DNA from: Phycisphaerae bacterium
Lineage (GTDB): Bacteria; Planctomycetota; Phycisphaerae; Phycisphaerales; SM1A02
Length of the DNA: 33,297 nucleotides
Assembly: GCA_016873375.1 (NCBI GenBank)
Contig: VGXJ01000001.1
Span: 1 to 33,297 of the forward strand
Direction of reading: 5' to 3'
This document shows positions 1 through 8,857 of the stretch, piece after piece (the first letter of the stretch is position 1; each line of letters opens with the position of its first letter). A program made the translations under genes and the position numbers. The notes below the pieces were generated by a model. That model was not told the origin of the DNA. It saw nothing but the letters and a program-made list of their open reading frames with translations, and did not search any database.

Positions 1-192
1 GGCGGCGAACCGAGCCACACCGAACCGGCCAACGCGAGCCAGTGCACCGTCGCGCCTGTCGATGCAGGCAATGGCCGCACGCACGCGGCGATCCTGCTGC
101 GCTGCGTGATCGGCAGCAAGCGCGCCCAGCAAGCCGTGCACGAGCCGTTCGTGAGCTCCGGGCCGGTCCGGATGGTCATCATTCGGCGTCAT
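1..192 (-). CDS. Possible anti-sigma factor, N-terminal part only (runs off the left edge of the window)
   Basis: The minus strand is open from ATG at 192-190 down to position 1 with no stop. Hand translation: MTPNDDHPDRPGAHERLVHGLLGALAADHAAQQDRRVRAAIACIDRRDGALARVGRF... Its ATG overlaps the sigma-factor TGA (ATGA at 189-192), the usual ECF sigma/anti-sigma coupling. No family motif recognised, so the call rests on position only. Confidence 0.4.
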   Translation of the reverse strand, partial: MTPNDDHPDRPGAHERLVHGLLGALAADHAAQQDRRVRAAIACIDRRDGALARVGRFGVARFAA

Positions 193-728
193 GCTGGTAC
201 TCCGTCGAGGAATCCCTTGATGCGCAGGCACTCGGCGAGCTGCAGTCGCGCGCGGTAGAGGCGCTTGCGGAAGGTCTCGTCGTTGGTCCCGGCGGTCGAT
301 GCGGCCACGCGCGGGTCGAGCGACTGAGCGTAGACCAACTCGATGGCCTCGCGCTGCTCGGGTGCCAAGTGCTGCATGCAGTCCATGAGTGGTTGCAATC
401 GATCGTTGAAGTGGTCGGCGGGCCGTTGCTCAATGCGGGCGAACTGCTGCTCGATGTGCAGTGTTGCCGCATCACCGGCGATCTCATGGCGGCGCTGCTG
501 CTTGCGCGCGAGGCCAAGCAGCGTGTTGCGCGCGATCCCTCGCAGCCAAGGCGCGAAGGGTCGACTGCGGTCGAAGTCAGGAAGGCGCCGCCAGGCGACG
601 ATGTTCGTCTCCTGGAAGGCGTCCTCGACCAGCGTGCTGCTCCAAGCCGTGGCCCGGAGGTACGCCATCAGCATGTCGGCGTGCTCCCGCATGAGGATCT
701 CGAAGGCTTGGCTGTTTCGGCGGTCCAT
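189..728 (-). CDS. ECF-type RNA polymerase sigma-70 family factor
   Basis: 179-aa ORF starting at ATG 728-726. Region-2-like segment: DAFQETNIVAWRRLPDFDRSRPFAPWLRGIARN. Region-4 HTH-like segment: EQREAIELVYAQSL...ETFRKRLYRARLQLAECL. Size and layout are typical of ECF sigma factors. Confidence 0.85.
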   Translation of the reverse strand: MDRRNSQAFEILMREHADMLMAYLRATAWSSTLVEDAFQETNIVAWRRLPDFDRSRPFAPWLRGIARNTLLGLARKQQRRHEIAGDAATLHIEQQFARIEQRPADHFNDRLQPLMDCMQHLAPEQREAIELVYAQSLDPRVAASTAGTNDETFRKRLYRARLQLAECLRIKGFLDGVPA

Positions 729-793
729 CGCAGGTCATTGTCGCACGCACCCCCGCCTGGGACATGCGGCCGGATAGAGTTCGGCCCTTTCCC

Positions 794-1966
794 ATGCTGC
801 GGATCGCGATCAAGATGCTCTTTGGCGACGGAGCCCGGTTCTACGGGATCCTGCTTGGCCTTGCGTTCGCCAGCCTGCTGATCGCCCAGCAGTCCAGCAT
901 CTTCGTCGGCTTGATGAGCCGGACGAGCGCCTTCATCCGCGACACCCCGCAGGCCGACATCTGGGTCACCGATCCCGACCTGCTCTCGGTCGACGATGCC
1001 AAGGCGCTTCGTGACACCGATCTCCAGCGGGTGCGCGGGGTGCCCGGCGTGGCGTGGGCCGTGCCGCTCTTCAAGGGCCTGCTTGGGGTGAAGCTCGGCG
1101 ACGGGCGGCGCACGGTCTGCGAGGTCGTGGGCATCGATGATGCCACGCTCATCGGCGGACCGCACACCATGCTCGACGGCCAGGTCGCCGATTTGCGTCA
1201 GGCCGATGCCGTCATCGTCGACAATCGTCGGCTCGCGCGAGAACTGCGCATGGATACCGGTGAACGGGGCCCCGATGGCCGCCCGATCTACCGACCGATG
1301 AGGATCGGCGACGAGATGGAGCTCAACGAGCGACGCGCTGTGGTCGTGGGCATCTGCGACAACAACGAGAGTTTCCAGTACGCGCCGCAGGTCTACACGA
1401 CCTACTCGCGCGCACTGCAGTTTCAGCCCGCGGTGCGGCGGGTGATGAGCATGGTGCTCGTCAGGGCGGAGCCGGGTAAGGATCCGACGGAACTGGCGCG
1501 ACAGATTCAGGCGCGCACGGGGCTGAGCGCGCTGCCCGCATCGCCCTTCGAGTGGAAGACGATCGGCTTCTGGATGCGAGAGACCGGCATTCCCATCAAC
1601 TTCGGGATCGCGATCGCCCTGGGCTTCTTCGTCGGTGTCGCGATCGCCGGCCAGATGTTCTACAACTTCACGCTGGAGAACCTCAAGTACTTCGGCGCGA
1701 TGAAGGCGATGGGCGCGAGCTCATGGCTGCTGCTGCGGATGGTCGCGCTGCAGGGGGTGGTCGCCGGTGCGATCGGCCTGGGCCTCGGGCTCGGCCTGGC
1801 CAGTGCGTTCGGGCTGTCGAACAATCCGGATCGCCTTGCGTTCGTCATGACCTGGCACATCCCCGTCATCACGGCCGGCGCCGTGCTGGTCATCGTGGTG
1901 GGGGCGAGCCTCATCAGCATGATCCGCGTAATCCGGCTCGACCCCAAGAGCGTGTTCGAGGGATGA
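794..1966 (+). CDS. FtsX/MacB-type ABC exporter permease, DevC-like
   Basis: ORF track gives 764..1966. I prefer ATG 794 (MLRIAIKMLFGDGARFYGILLGLAFASLLIAQQ...), which leaves a 65-nt divergent spacer to the sigma gene. Layout: one N-terminal TM helix, a large extracytoplasmic segment, then three C-terminal TM helices (INFGIAIALGFFVGVAIAG, LLRMVALQGVVAGAIGLGLGLGLA, VITAGAVLVIVVGASLISMI). The N-terminus resembles DevC-family permeases as I recall them. The stop overlaps the next ATG (1963-1966). Confidence 0.8.
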   Translation: MLRIAIKMLFGDGARFYGILLGLAFASLLIAQQSSIFVGLMSRTSAFIRDTPQADIWVTDPDLLSVDDAKALRDTDLQRVRGVPGVAWAVPLFKGLLGVKLGDGRRTVCEVVGIDDATLIGGPHTMLDGQVADLRQADAVIVDNRRLARELRMDTGERGPDGRPIYRPMRIGDEMELNERRAVVVGICDNNESFQYAPQVYTTYSRALQFQPAVRRVMSMVLVRAEPGKDPTELARQIQARTGLSALPASPFEWKTIGFWMRETGIPINFGIAIALGFFVGVAIAGQMFYNFTLENLKYFGAMKAMGASSWLLLRMVALQGVVAGAIGLGLGLGLASAFGLSNNPDRLAFVMTWHIPVITAGAVLVIVVGASLISMIRVIRLDPKSVFEG

Positions 1967-2679
1967 CGGCGGTGGCCAACAACCTCGCGATCGATGCCAC
2001 CGGCGTGACCAAGGCCTACGGCAAGGGCGAGAATCGTGTGGTTGCACTCGCTGGCGCCGATTTGCGCGTGCCGTACGGCGAGCTGGTGATGCTCGTGGGC
2101 CCATCGGGCTGCGGCAAGACCACGCTCATTTCGATCCTGGCCGGTTTGCTGACGCGCGATGGTGGCTCGTGCAGCGTGCTGGGCGTGGATCCCCAGGCGC
2201 TGCGCAACGGGCCTCGGACCACCTGGCGCGGGCGCAACGTGGGCTTCGTGTTCCAGCAGTTCAACCTCGTGCCCACGGTCACGGCGCAGGAGAATGTGGC
2301 GATACCGCTCCTCATCCAAGGCACGCCGCGCGCCGAGGCGATGGGCCGCGCCGGTGACATGCTCCGCAAGGTCGGGCTCTGCGGTCGCGAGCGCAGCTTG
2401 CCGCCCCAGATGTCAGGTGGCCAGCAGCAGCGCGTGGCGATTGCGCGGGCGCTCGCGCCCAATCCACGGCTGCTCGTGTGCGACGAACCCACGAGCGCGC
2501 TCGATGGTGCCACCGGCCAGAGCGTGATGGAACTTGTCGCCCGCGCCGCCCGCGAGAATGGGCACGCCGTGGTGGTGATCACGCATGATGAACGCATCTT
2601 TCGGTTCGCGAACCGCATCGTCCACATGGACGATGGCCGGGTCACGCGCACCGATGAACCACTGAAGGAGCCCGCATGA
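1963..2679 (+). CDS. ABC transporter ATP-binding protein (DevA/MacB-NBD/LolD type)
   Basis: 238 aa from ATG 1963, in frame inside ORF-track 1552..2679. Walker A GPSGCGKTT, Q-loop FQQFNL, ABC signature SGGQQQR, Walker B LLVCDEPTSALD, H-loop ITHD. Confidence 0.9.
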   Translation: MTAVANNLAIDATGVTKAYGKGENRVVALAGADLRVPYGELVMLVGPSGCGKTTLISILAGLLTRDGGSCSVLGVDPQALRNGPRTTWRGRNVGFVFQQFNLVPTVTAQENVAIPLLIQGTPRAEAMGRAGDMLRKVGLCGRERSLPPQMSGGQQQRVAIARALAPNPRLLVCDEPTSALDGATGQSVMELVARAARENGHAVVVITHDERIFRFANRIVHMDDGRVTRTDEPLKEPA

Positions 2680-3569
2680 ACCTGCGCTCGGTCGTCCTGC
2701 CCATCCTCGCCGTTGCCGGCCTCGTTGCCACCGTCGCTGCCGTCAAGAAGATGGAGTTCCGCACGCTCGATGTGCCGGTGCTCCTCACGCCCGCGCCAAG
2801 CCCCTTCGAGAGCCGCATCGCGGCCACGGGCCTCGTCGAGCCGCTCGGTGGAGTGATCTATGCGGATGCTGCCGATGCCGGCGTGGTCGGTCGGGTGGCG
2901 GTCGCGGAGGGCGATGCAGTCAAGGTCGGCGACATCCTGTGGGAACTCGATCACACTCGCACCAAGGCGGAGCTCGGCCTGGCCGAGGCCGAGCGGATGG
3001 TGGCCGAGGCACAGCTCGTGGACGAGGAGGTCCGGCTCAGGGCACTCATGGAGAGCGGTGCGTCCGAAGTCCTCCCGCAGGTCGAGCGGGTCGCGCGTGA
3101 ACAGTCCGTCAAGGTTGCGGTGGCGCGGCTGCAGCGCGCCACGGCGCAGGTCGATGCATCACGGGCGCAATTGCAACGCGAAACCGTGCACAGCCCGATC
3201 GACGGCACGGTGCTCTTCGTCGATGTCCGGGCGGGGGAATACGCACCTCCCGGTGGGCGCCGCATGGCGATCGGATCGATCGATCCCATGCAGGTTCGCG
3301 TGGACATCGATGAGGTGGAGTTTGCGCGATTCGCGCAGGGTGGCAAGGCGCAGGCGAGCCTCCGTGGCGTGCCTCGAAGTTCCCTTCCGCTCACGTTCCT
3401 GCGCGTGGTGCCGCTCGTGCAACCCAAGCGCACGCTGACGGGGGAGGCCGCCGAACGCATCGACACCCGCGTGGTCCAGGTCATCTATGAACTGGGCCAG
3501 GGCACGCATCGCGTGCAGCCCGGCCAGGTCGTCGACGTCTACATCGAGGTTCCCGATACCGCGCAGTGA
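2676..3569 (+). CDS. HlyD/DevB-type membrane-fusion (periplasmic adaptor) protein
   Basis: 297 aa. N-terminal TM anchor (VVLPILAVAGLVATVAAV). Lipoyl-like hairpin GRVAVAEGDAVKVGDILWELD. Coiled-coil stretch (AELGLAEAERMVAEAQLVDEE...RLQRATAQVDASRAQLQRE), then SPIDGTVLFVDVRAGE. ATGA overlap with the ATPase gene (2676-2679). Confidence 0.8.
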   Translation: MNLRSVVLPILAVAGLVATVAAVKKMEFRTLDVPVLLTPAPSPFESRIAATGLVEPLGGVIYADAADAGVVGRVAVAEGDAVKVGDILWELDHTRTKAELGLAEAERMVAEAQLVDEEVRLRALMESGASEVLPQVERVAREQSVKVAVARLQRATAQVDASRAQLQRETVHSPIDGTVLFVDVRAGEYAPPGGRRMAIGSIDPMQVRVDIDEVEFARFAQGGKAQASLRGVPRSSLPLTFLRVVPLVQPKRTLTGEAAERIDTRVVQVIYELGQGTHRVQPGQVVDVYIEVPDTAQ

Positions 3570-3578
3570 TCGCTGCGC
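3561..3578. terminator. Weak candidate bidirectional hairpin between convergent genes
   Basis: GCGCAG-TGATCG-CTGCGC (6-bp stem) spans the adaptor-gene stop codon, followed by GTTTGG. It lies in the 18-nt gap before the fumC stop (3588). Short stem and poor U-tract. Confidence 0.2.
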
Positions 3579-3587
3579 GTTTGGCCA

Positions 3588-4985
3588 TCAGGCCGGCCGC
3601 ACCATGTCCTTGGGCTGCACCACACGGTCGTAGGTCGCCGCATCGACATGGCCGAGAGCCAGCGCCGCCTCCTTCAGCGTCGTGCCGTCATGGTGCGCCT
3701 TCTTGGCGATCGCACTGGCCTTGTCGTAGCCGATGTGCGGCGCGAGCGCGGTGACCAGCATGAGCGAGCGTTCGACCAGTTCGGCCACGCGCTTCTCGTC
3801 GACGGTGATCCCCTCGGCACAGAATTCGCGGAACGCATCGCAGGTTCCCGTGATGAGTTCGCAGCTCTGCAGGAAGTTGTGGGCGATCACCGGCTTGAAG
3901 ACATTCAGCTCGAAGTTGCCCTGGCTCGCGGCGGTGAGGATCGCCTGGTTGTTGGCCATGACCTGCACGCAGACCATGGTCATGCTCTCGGCCTGCGTCG
4001 GATTGACCTTGCCCGGCATGATGCTGCTGCCCGGTTCGTTCTCGGGGATGACCAGCTCGCCGATGCCGCAGCGGGGTCCGCTGGAGAGCCAACGAACATC
4101 GTTGGCGATCTTCATGAGTCCGGCAGCGAGTGCGGCGAGGCAACCGTGCGCAACCGCCACGTTCTCGTGGCCGGCAAGCGCCTGGAACTTGTTGGGAGCG
4201 CCCACGAACGGGACGCCGGTCGCCTTCGCCAGTTCCGCGCTGACCTTCTCGCTGAAGCCCTTGGGCGCGTTCAGGCCGGTGCCGACGGCCGTGCCGCCGA
4301 TCGCGAGTCGATGCATCAAGGGCAGCGTCGCGCGGATCGACTCGACGGCGATGTCGAGTTGTGCGACCCATCCGCTCATCGCTTGGCCGACCGTCAGCGG
4401 CACCGCATCCTGCAGGTGGGTGCGGCCGATCTTCACGATGCCATCGAACGCCTTGGCCTTGGCAGCGAAGGCATCGCGGAGTCGGATCACCGCGGGGATC
4501 ACCTCGCGCTCGACCTCGAGCGCGCAGGCGACATGCAGCGCGGTCGGGAAGGTGTCGTTCGAGGACTGGCCCATGTTCACGTCGTCGTTGGGGTGGATGG
4601 GCTTCTTGCTGCCCATCGTGCCGCCCGCCAGCTCAATCGCGCGATTCGAGATCACCTCGTTCACGTTCATGTTGGTCTGCGTGCCCGAGCCGGTCTGCCA
4701 GACCTTGAGCGGAAAGTGGTCGTGGAGCTTGCCGGCGATGACCTCGTCGGCCGCGCGCACGATCAGGTCCATCTTCTCCTTGGACAGACCGCCCGCACCA
4801 TGGTTGGCGATGGCGCAGGCCTTCTTGAGCATGGCCATCGCGGTGATGATCTGCCGCGGCATGGTGTCGCCGAAGGGAAAGTGGTGGTGGCTGCGCTCGG
4901 TCTGCGCGCCCCAGTAGCGGTCGCAGGCGACCTGGATGGGGCCGAAGGCGTCGGTCTCGGTACGGGTGGCGGTGTTCTGGTTCAT
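3588..4985 (-). CDS. fumC: Class II fumarate hydratase
   Basis: Fumarase/aspartase signature [16 protein letters not shown], plus [14 protein letters not shown] and [15 protein letters not shown]-terminus [28 protein letters not shown] is class II fumarase-like. The ORF-track start at 5000 is a TTG; ATG 4985 is preferred. Confidence 0.95.
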   Translation of the reverse strand: MNQNTATRTETDAFGPIQVACDRYWGAQTERSHHHFPFGDTMPRQIITAMAMLKKACAIANHGAGGLSKEKMDLIVRAADEVIAGKLHDHFPLKVWQTGSGTQTNMNVNEVISNRAIELAGGTMGSKKPIHPNDDVNMGQSSNDTFPTALHVACALEVEREVIPAVIRLRDAFAAKAKAFDGIVKIGRTHLQDAVPLTVGQAMSGWVAQLDIAVESIRATLPLMHRLAIGGTAVGTGLNAPKGFSEKVSAELAKATGVPFVGAPNKFQALAGHENVAVAHGCLAALAAGLMKIANDVRWLSSGPRCGIGELVIPENEPGSSIMPGKVNPTQAESMTMVCVQVMANNQAILTAASQGNFELNVFKPVIAHNFLQSCELITGTCDAFREFCAEGITVDEKRVAELVERSLMLVTALAPHIGYDKASAIAKKAHHDGTTLKEAALALGHVDAATYDRVVQPKDMVRPA

Positions 4986-4996
4986 GGTTGTCGTCT

Positions 4997-5554
4997 TCAA
5001 TCGTTCGGCGTTGGAAGGACAGCGGCACGAAGCAGCGGGGCGGCGGCATCCTTCGCCGAGAGCAGCGCGGCATCAGGCAAGGGCCAGGAGATGCCGAGTT
5101 CGGGATCGTTCCACCGTACGGATCGCTCGTGTTCCTTGCTCCAAGGGGCTGTCACCTTGTACGCGATCTCAGTGCAGTCCTCAAGGGCCATCAGGCCGTG
5201 GGCAAGGCCCTCGGGGATCCACAGCTGCCGCGGTATCACCGTGTCCAGTTCGATGGTGGCATGCCGGCCGAAGGTGGGGCTGTCGCACCGAAGATCCACC
5301 ACCGCGTGGAAGGACCGGCCTCGGAGCAGCCGCACGAGCTTTCCCTGCGCGAAGGGCGGGATCTGGTAATGCAGTCCTCGGACCACGCCGCGCGCACTCA
5401 TCGAGTGGTTGTCCTGCACGAAGCGCAGATCGGTGCCGATGGCTGCAGCGAAGCCGGCATCCGAATGAGTCTCCATGAACCAGCCCCGTGCATCGTGGTG
5501 CATCGACGGCTCCAGCGTGAGCACGCCGGGCAGGATCGTGGTGCGGACGATCAT
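4997..5554 (-). CDS. rfbC: dTDP-4-dehydrorhamnose 3,5-epimerase
   Basis: 185 aa. [28 protein letters not shown] and [20 protein letters not shown] are RmlC cupin motifs. ATGA overlap with rfbA (5551-5554). Confidence 0.9.
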   Translation of the reverse strand: MIVRTTILPGVLTLEPSMHHDARGWFMETHSDAGFAAAIGTDLRFVQDNHSMSARGVVRGLHYQIPPFAQGKLVRLLRGRSFHAVVDLRCDSPTFGRHATIELDTVIPRQLWIPEGLAHGLMALEDCTEIAYKVTAPWSKEHERSVRWNDPELGISWPLPDAALLSAKDAAAPLLRAAVLPTPND

Positions 5555-6435
5555 GGATGAAGCGTCTCGGCGGCGATGCGCATCAGGTAGCGCCCGTACT
5601 CGGTGGTCGCCATCGGCTTGGCCAGCCGCTCGACTTCAGTGCGGTTGATCCAGCCTTGCCGAAACGCGATCTCTTCCGGGCAGGCCACCTTCAGGCCCTG
5701 CCGACGCTCAAGGGTGGCGATGAACTGGCCTGCCTCGAGCAGGGATTCGTGGGTTCCTGTGTCGAGCCAGGCGAAGCCGCGCCCCATCACTTCCACATGA
5801 AGCGTTCCGGCCTCGAGGTAAGCACGATTGACGTCGGTGATCTCGAGTTCTCCCCGTGCACTGGGCCTGAGCTTGCGCACCACATCGACCACGGAGGCAT
5901 CATGGAAGTAGAGACCGGTCACGGCGAGATTCGACCGAGGTGCGGCCGGCTTTTCCTCGATGGAGGCGGCGCGCCCGTCATTGGTGAGTTCCACGACCCC
6001 GTACCGCTCGGGATCATTCACCGCATGCGCCATCACCGTCGCGCCTTGCTCCCGGGCCGCGGCCCTGCGCAGCAGCCCTTGCAGATCGTGTCCATGGAAC
6101 AGGTTGTCACCGAGCACCAATGCTGATGGGCATCCGTCGAGGAAGCGCTCGCCGATGAGGTACGCCTGTGCAATACCCTCCGGCCGAGGCTGCACCTCGT
6201 AGCGGATCGAGAGTCCAAGGCGTGAACCATCGCCGAGCAGCCGCTCGAAGCGTGGCGTGTCATCCGGAGTCGAGATGACCAGGATGTCCCGGATCCCCGC
6301 GAGCATCAGCGTGCTCAACGGGTAGTAGATCATCGGCTTGTCATAGATCGGGAGCAATTGCTTGCTGACCACGAGCGTTGCAGGGTGGAGCCGTGACCCC
6401 GATCCGCCCGCGAGGATGATGCCGCGTCGATTCAT
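5551..6435 (-). CDS. rfbA: Glucose-1-phosphate thymidylyltransferase
   Basis: Start taken at ATG 6435 ([57 protein letters not shown]), the canonical RmlA N-terminus. The ORF-track extension to 6486 would overlap rfbD. ATGA overlaps at both ends. Confidence 0.95.
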   Translation of the reverse strand: MNRRGIILAGGSGSRLHPATLVVSKQLLPIYDKPMIYYPLSTLMLAGIRDILVISTPDDTPRFERLLGDGSRLGLSIRYEVQPRPEGIAQAYLIGERFLDGCPSALVLGDNLFHGHDLQGLLRRAAAREQGATVMAHAVNDPERYGVVELTNDGRAASIEEKPAAPRSNLAVTGLYFHDASVVDVVRKLRPSARGELEITDVNRAYLEAGTLHVEVMGRGFAWLDTGTHESLLEAGQFIATLERRQGLKVACPEEIAFRQGWINRTEVERLAKPMATTEYGRYLMRIAAETLHP

Positions 6436-7319
6436 GGCTGCATCTGCACGATCTGCCGAACCGTCGCCTCGACGCCCTCGTGCCACGACGGACGCGGCTG
6501 CACGAGCAAGGAGTCAAGGCTGCGCGCATCCAATCGCGAATTCTGCGGTCTCATGGCCTTGAGAGGGTAGTCGGCCGAGGTGACGGCAGTGATGGCCTCG
6601 GCCGAGCACTGCAGGGCCATGCCGAGCGAGGCAGCAGTGCGGACTGCGTGGCACGCCACCGCATGCCACGAGGCATGGCCGACGGGCACGGCGTGCAGGA
6701 TCGGGGGCAGTCCGCCATGGGCGGCACCACGCTCCGTGATCGACACGATCGTGGCAGCAAGCCAGTCCGCCTGCGTGGGCGCGCCGATCTGGTCATCTAC
6801 GACGCGCAGCGATGTTCGCTCACAGGCGTGTCGCAGGATCGTCCGGATGAAGTTGCGGCCATGACCCGAGTGAAGCCAGCTCGTCCGGACGACGCATGCC
6901 CGACCGTGGCCTTGACAGGCTCGCTCACCGACCAGCTTGCCCCGTCCGTAGGCATTCAACGGAGCGGGTTCACTCTCCTCGGTCCACGGGGCGTGTCCGC
7001 TTCCATCGAAGACATAGTCCGTTGAGACCTGGAGCAGGGATGCACCGACCCTGCTGCATGCCTCGGCCACTTCCCCAACGGCGACTCCATTGATGCGCGT
7101 GACCAGCGGTTCGTGCTCTTCAGCACGGTCGACATCGGTCCATGCTGCTGCGTTGATGACGGCGTGCGGCTTCGCAGCAGCGATCGATCCGGCGGCATGT
7201 CCCGGCACAGCCAGGTCAGCCATGGAACGATCGGCCATGATGAGGTCCCATGAGGCCGGAGCGGCACGCTCGATCGCTGCACCGAGCTGCCCTCGTGCTC
7301 CGAGCACCAGCACCTTCAT
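6432..7319 (-). CDS. rfbD: dTDP-4-dehydrorhamnose reductase
   Basis: Start taken at ATG 7319 ([13 protein letters not shown] Rossmann motif). Also [22 protein letters not shown] and YGRGKL (YxxxK). ATGA overlap with rfbB (7316-7319). Confidence 0.9.
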   Translation of the reverse strand: MKVLVLGARGQLGAAIERAAPASWDLIMADRSMADLAVPGHAAGSIAAAKPHAVINAAAWTDVDRAEEHEPLVTRINGVAVGEVAEACSRVGASLLQVSTDYVFDGSGHAPWTEESEPAPLNAYGRGKLVGERACQGHGRACVVRTSWLHSGHGRNFIRTILRHACERTSLRVVDDQIGAPTQADWLAATIVSITERGAAHGGLPPILHAVPVGHASWHAVACHAVRTAASLGMALQCSAEAITAVTSADYPLKAMRPQNSRLDARSLDSLLVQPRPSWHEGVEATVRQIVQMQP

Positions 7320-8371
7320 GGACCGTATTGCTCCTTCACCCACGCCGCGTAGGCGCCGCTGCGGATCCGCTCTATCCAGTTTGGATGGTCGAGGTACCAG
7401 CGCACCGTCGCTCGCAGCCCATCGAGCAACGCATGCCTTGGCGACCATCCAAGCTCATCGCGGGTGGATGATGCGTCGATGGCGTAGCGACGGTCATGCC
7501 CGGGACGATCCTCCACGAAACGGATGAGGCGCGCATGCGGAGCACCATCGGGTCGTGCCTCATCGAGGGCGGTACAGAGCGCGTGGACGAGATCGAGGTT
7601 CCGGCACTCGCCGTGCCCTCCGATCAGGTAGGTCGCTCCGGGGGTGCCGCGCTCAAGCACTGCACGCAGTGCAGCGCAGTGGTCCTCGACATGAAGCCAA
7701 TCCCGGACCTGCAGGCCATCCCCGTACACCGGGATCGTTTCGCCCGCGATGGCGCGTGCGATGCACAGGGGAATCAGCTTCTCGGGGAACTGGCGTGGGC
7801 CGTAGTTGTTCGAGCAGTGGGTCGTGAGGGTCGCCAGTCCGTGCGTGACATGCCATGCCCGCACGAGATGATCGGCCGCCGCCTTGCTTGCTGCGTAGGG
7901 ACTGTTGGGTCGATAGGGGCTTGCGCGATGGAAGGCCGCTTCCTGCGGACCAAGCGATCCGAAGACCTCGTCGGTCGAGACGTGAAGGAACCGGAACCCT
8001 GTGCGAGCGTTTCGTCCGCTCGTGGCCAGATGCTCTGAACAGGCCTCGAGCAGGGCGGCCGTCCCCGCCACATTGGTCGAGACGAATGCATCGGCTGACT
8101 TGATCGAACGATCGACATGCGTCTCGGCGGCAAAGTGCACGAGTGCACGCGGCCTGTGTTCCTCGAGCAACGCACGAACGAGCCCGCCATCCCGGATGTC
8201 TCCGTGGACGAACCGATGCTTCGCATCGGCAGGCAAGGTGGAAAGGTTGTCGAGATTCCCCGCGTATGTCAGCAGGTCGAGCGTGACGATGGGTTCATCG
8301 GTCCGCGAGCACCACGCGTGCACGAAGGCACTGCCAATGAAGCCTGCTCCACCAGTGACCAGAACTGCCAC
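7316..8371 (-). CDS. rfbB: dTDP-glucose 4,6-dehydratase
   Basis: 351 aa with GTG start at 8371. MAVLVTGGAGFIGS, HFAAETHVDRS, VSTDEVFG, YAASKAAADHLVRAW (YxxxK), SNNYGPRQFPEKLIP. Confidence 0.95.
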   Translation of the reverse strand: MAVLVTGGAGFIGSAFVHAWCSRTDEPIVTLDLLTYAGNLDNLSTLPADAKHRFVHGDIRDGGLVRALLEEHRPRALVHFAAETHVDRSIKSADAFVSTNVAGTAALLEACSEHLATSGRNARTGFRFLHVSTDEVFGSLGPQEAAFHRASPYRPNSPYAASKAAADHLVRAWHVTHGLATLTTHCSNNYGPRQFPEKLIPLCIARAIAGETIPVYGDGLQVRDWLHVEDHCAALRAVLERGTPGATYLIGGHGECRNLDLVHALCTALDEARPDGAPHARLIRFVEDRPGHDRRYAIDASSTRDELGWSPRHALLDGLRATVRWYLDHPNWIERIRSGAYAAWVKEQYGP

Positions 8372-8400
8372 GGGAGGTAGCGTAAGCGAGAAGTCAGTTC

Positions 8401-8430
8401 GTGCCCGGGCCGCAAGGCCGGTCGGGGCAC
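8401..8430 (-). terminator. GC-rich hairpin between the dockerin mini-gene and rfbB (possible terminator or attenuator)
   Basis: GTGCCC (8401-8406) pairs perfectly with GGGCAC (8425-8430). An inner GGCC-GCAA-GGCC stem-loop carries a GNRA-type tetraloop. It sits 5 nt past the stop of the 8435..8773 gene and 30 nt before the rfbB start. There is no clear U-tract in the minus-strand sense. Confidence 0.3.
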
Positions 8431-8434
8431 CGCG

Positions 8435-8773
8435 TCATACGGGGCAGGGACCCCAAGCGCTGAGCATGATGCCCAGGTCTTCGCCGTTGGTGGTGTTGTC
8501 TCCGTTGACGTCGCCGGCGGCCGAGTTCCAGCCGGAGAGGAGAAGGCCAAGATCGGCACCTCCGACCACGCCGTCGCCGTCGAGGTCGGCCGGGCAGGCA
8601 GGTGCACCGGAGCCTGAACCTGAGCCCATGACCAAGTTCCCGCTCGAAAAGTCATCGTTCTTCGGAGCCTGAAGGCTGCCTTGGTCGCGATCGCGAGGCG
8701 CCGGAAGGGCGGCCGGAATGAGAGCCGCAAGACCGATTGAACAGACGGCAAGAGTGGCGACAGCCTGAGTCAT
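8435..8773 (-). CDS. Small secreted protein consisting only of signal peptide, linker and a Cys-framed dockerin-like module
   Basis: ATG 8773 (the ORF-track start at 8809 is a TTG). Signal-peptide-like MTQAVATLAVCSIGLAALIPAALPAP, then a GSGSGSG linker. The module is CPADLDGDGVVGGADLGLLLSGWNSAAGDVNGDNTTNGEDLGIMLSAWGPCP: two DxDGDG/DxNGDN Ca-loop-plus-helix halves bracketed by Cys. The same module ends the genes at 26267..28351 and 29706..>33297. Confidence 0.7.
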   Translation of the reverse strand: MTQAVATLAVCSIGLAALIPAALPAPRDRDQGSLQAPKNDDFSSGNLVMGSGSGSGAPACPADLDGDGVVGGADLGLLLSGWNSAAGDVNGDNTTNGEDLGIMLSAWGPCPV

Positions 8774-8823
8774 GGTGTGGAACCATACCTCTCCCTGCGT
8801 GCAGGGCAAAACCTACTTGTCGC

Positions 8824-8838
8824 AATTTCTGGAATTTC
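8824..8838. promoter_or_regulatory. Copy 1 of shared pseudo-palindromic motif (AATTTCTGGAATTTC), upstream of the dockerin mini-gene
   Basis: Core TTTCTGGAA at 8826-8834, in the 84-nt spacer between the DUF2304-like stop (8858) and ATG 8773. It is 51-65 nt upstream of that ATG. In gene orientation it reads GAAATTCCAGAAATTGCG. Confidence 0.35.
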
Positions 8839-8857
8839 ACCGGGCGTGCTTGGTCCG

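Noticed and set aside
761-781. Possible autoregulatory ECF promoter on the minus strand upstream of the sigma gene (GAAC at 781-778 ... GTC at 763-761).
   Set aside because: There is only a bare GAAC and a TGTC rather than CGTC, and the spacer is 14-15 nt instead of the usual 16-17. That is too weak to call without knowing this ECF group's consensus.
1552-1962. N-terminal extensions in the ORF track. Affected ORFs: 1552..2679, 12529..15264, 16745..17713, 19253..20263, 19942..21009, 22681..24045, 23784..25280, 26009..28351, 21006..22193, 6432..7448, 5551..6486, 9900..11744, 8435..8809, 3588..5000.
   Set aside because: The extensions lie inside the preceding gene in another frame. Several begin at TTG or GTG codons picked as the farthest upstream start. 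Internal ATG/GTG starts give canonical N-termini (Rossmann motifs, signal peptides, GT2 VxVVIP-type starts) and recurrent 4-nt ATGA/GTGA overlaps, so I trimmed them.
3648-5369. Very long antisense ORFs opposite recognised genes. Examples: 3648..5369(+) opposite fumC/rfbC, 42..881(+) opposite the sigma gene, 14215..15360(-), 18070..19605(-), 24357..25625(-), 28136..29182(-), 30636..32345(-), 31586..32602(-), 32427..33269(-).
   Set aside because: These are typical shadow ORFs of high-G+C DNA. Their translations are Arg/Ala/Gly/Pro-rich with no motifs. The opposite strand encodes proteins with unambiguous family signatures or coherent domain architecture and the expected third-position G/C bias.
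8793-8806. Inverted repeat CCCTGC-GT-GCAGGG in the 5' leader of the dockerin mini-gene.
   Set aside because: It would form only a 5-bp stem with a 4-nt loop. In the minus-strand transcript the U-run precedes rather than follows it, so it is not a terminator. A role in masking translation initiation is conceivable, but the sequence alone does not support it.
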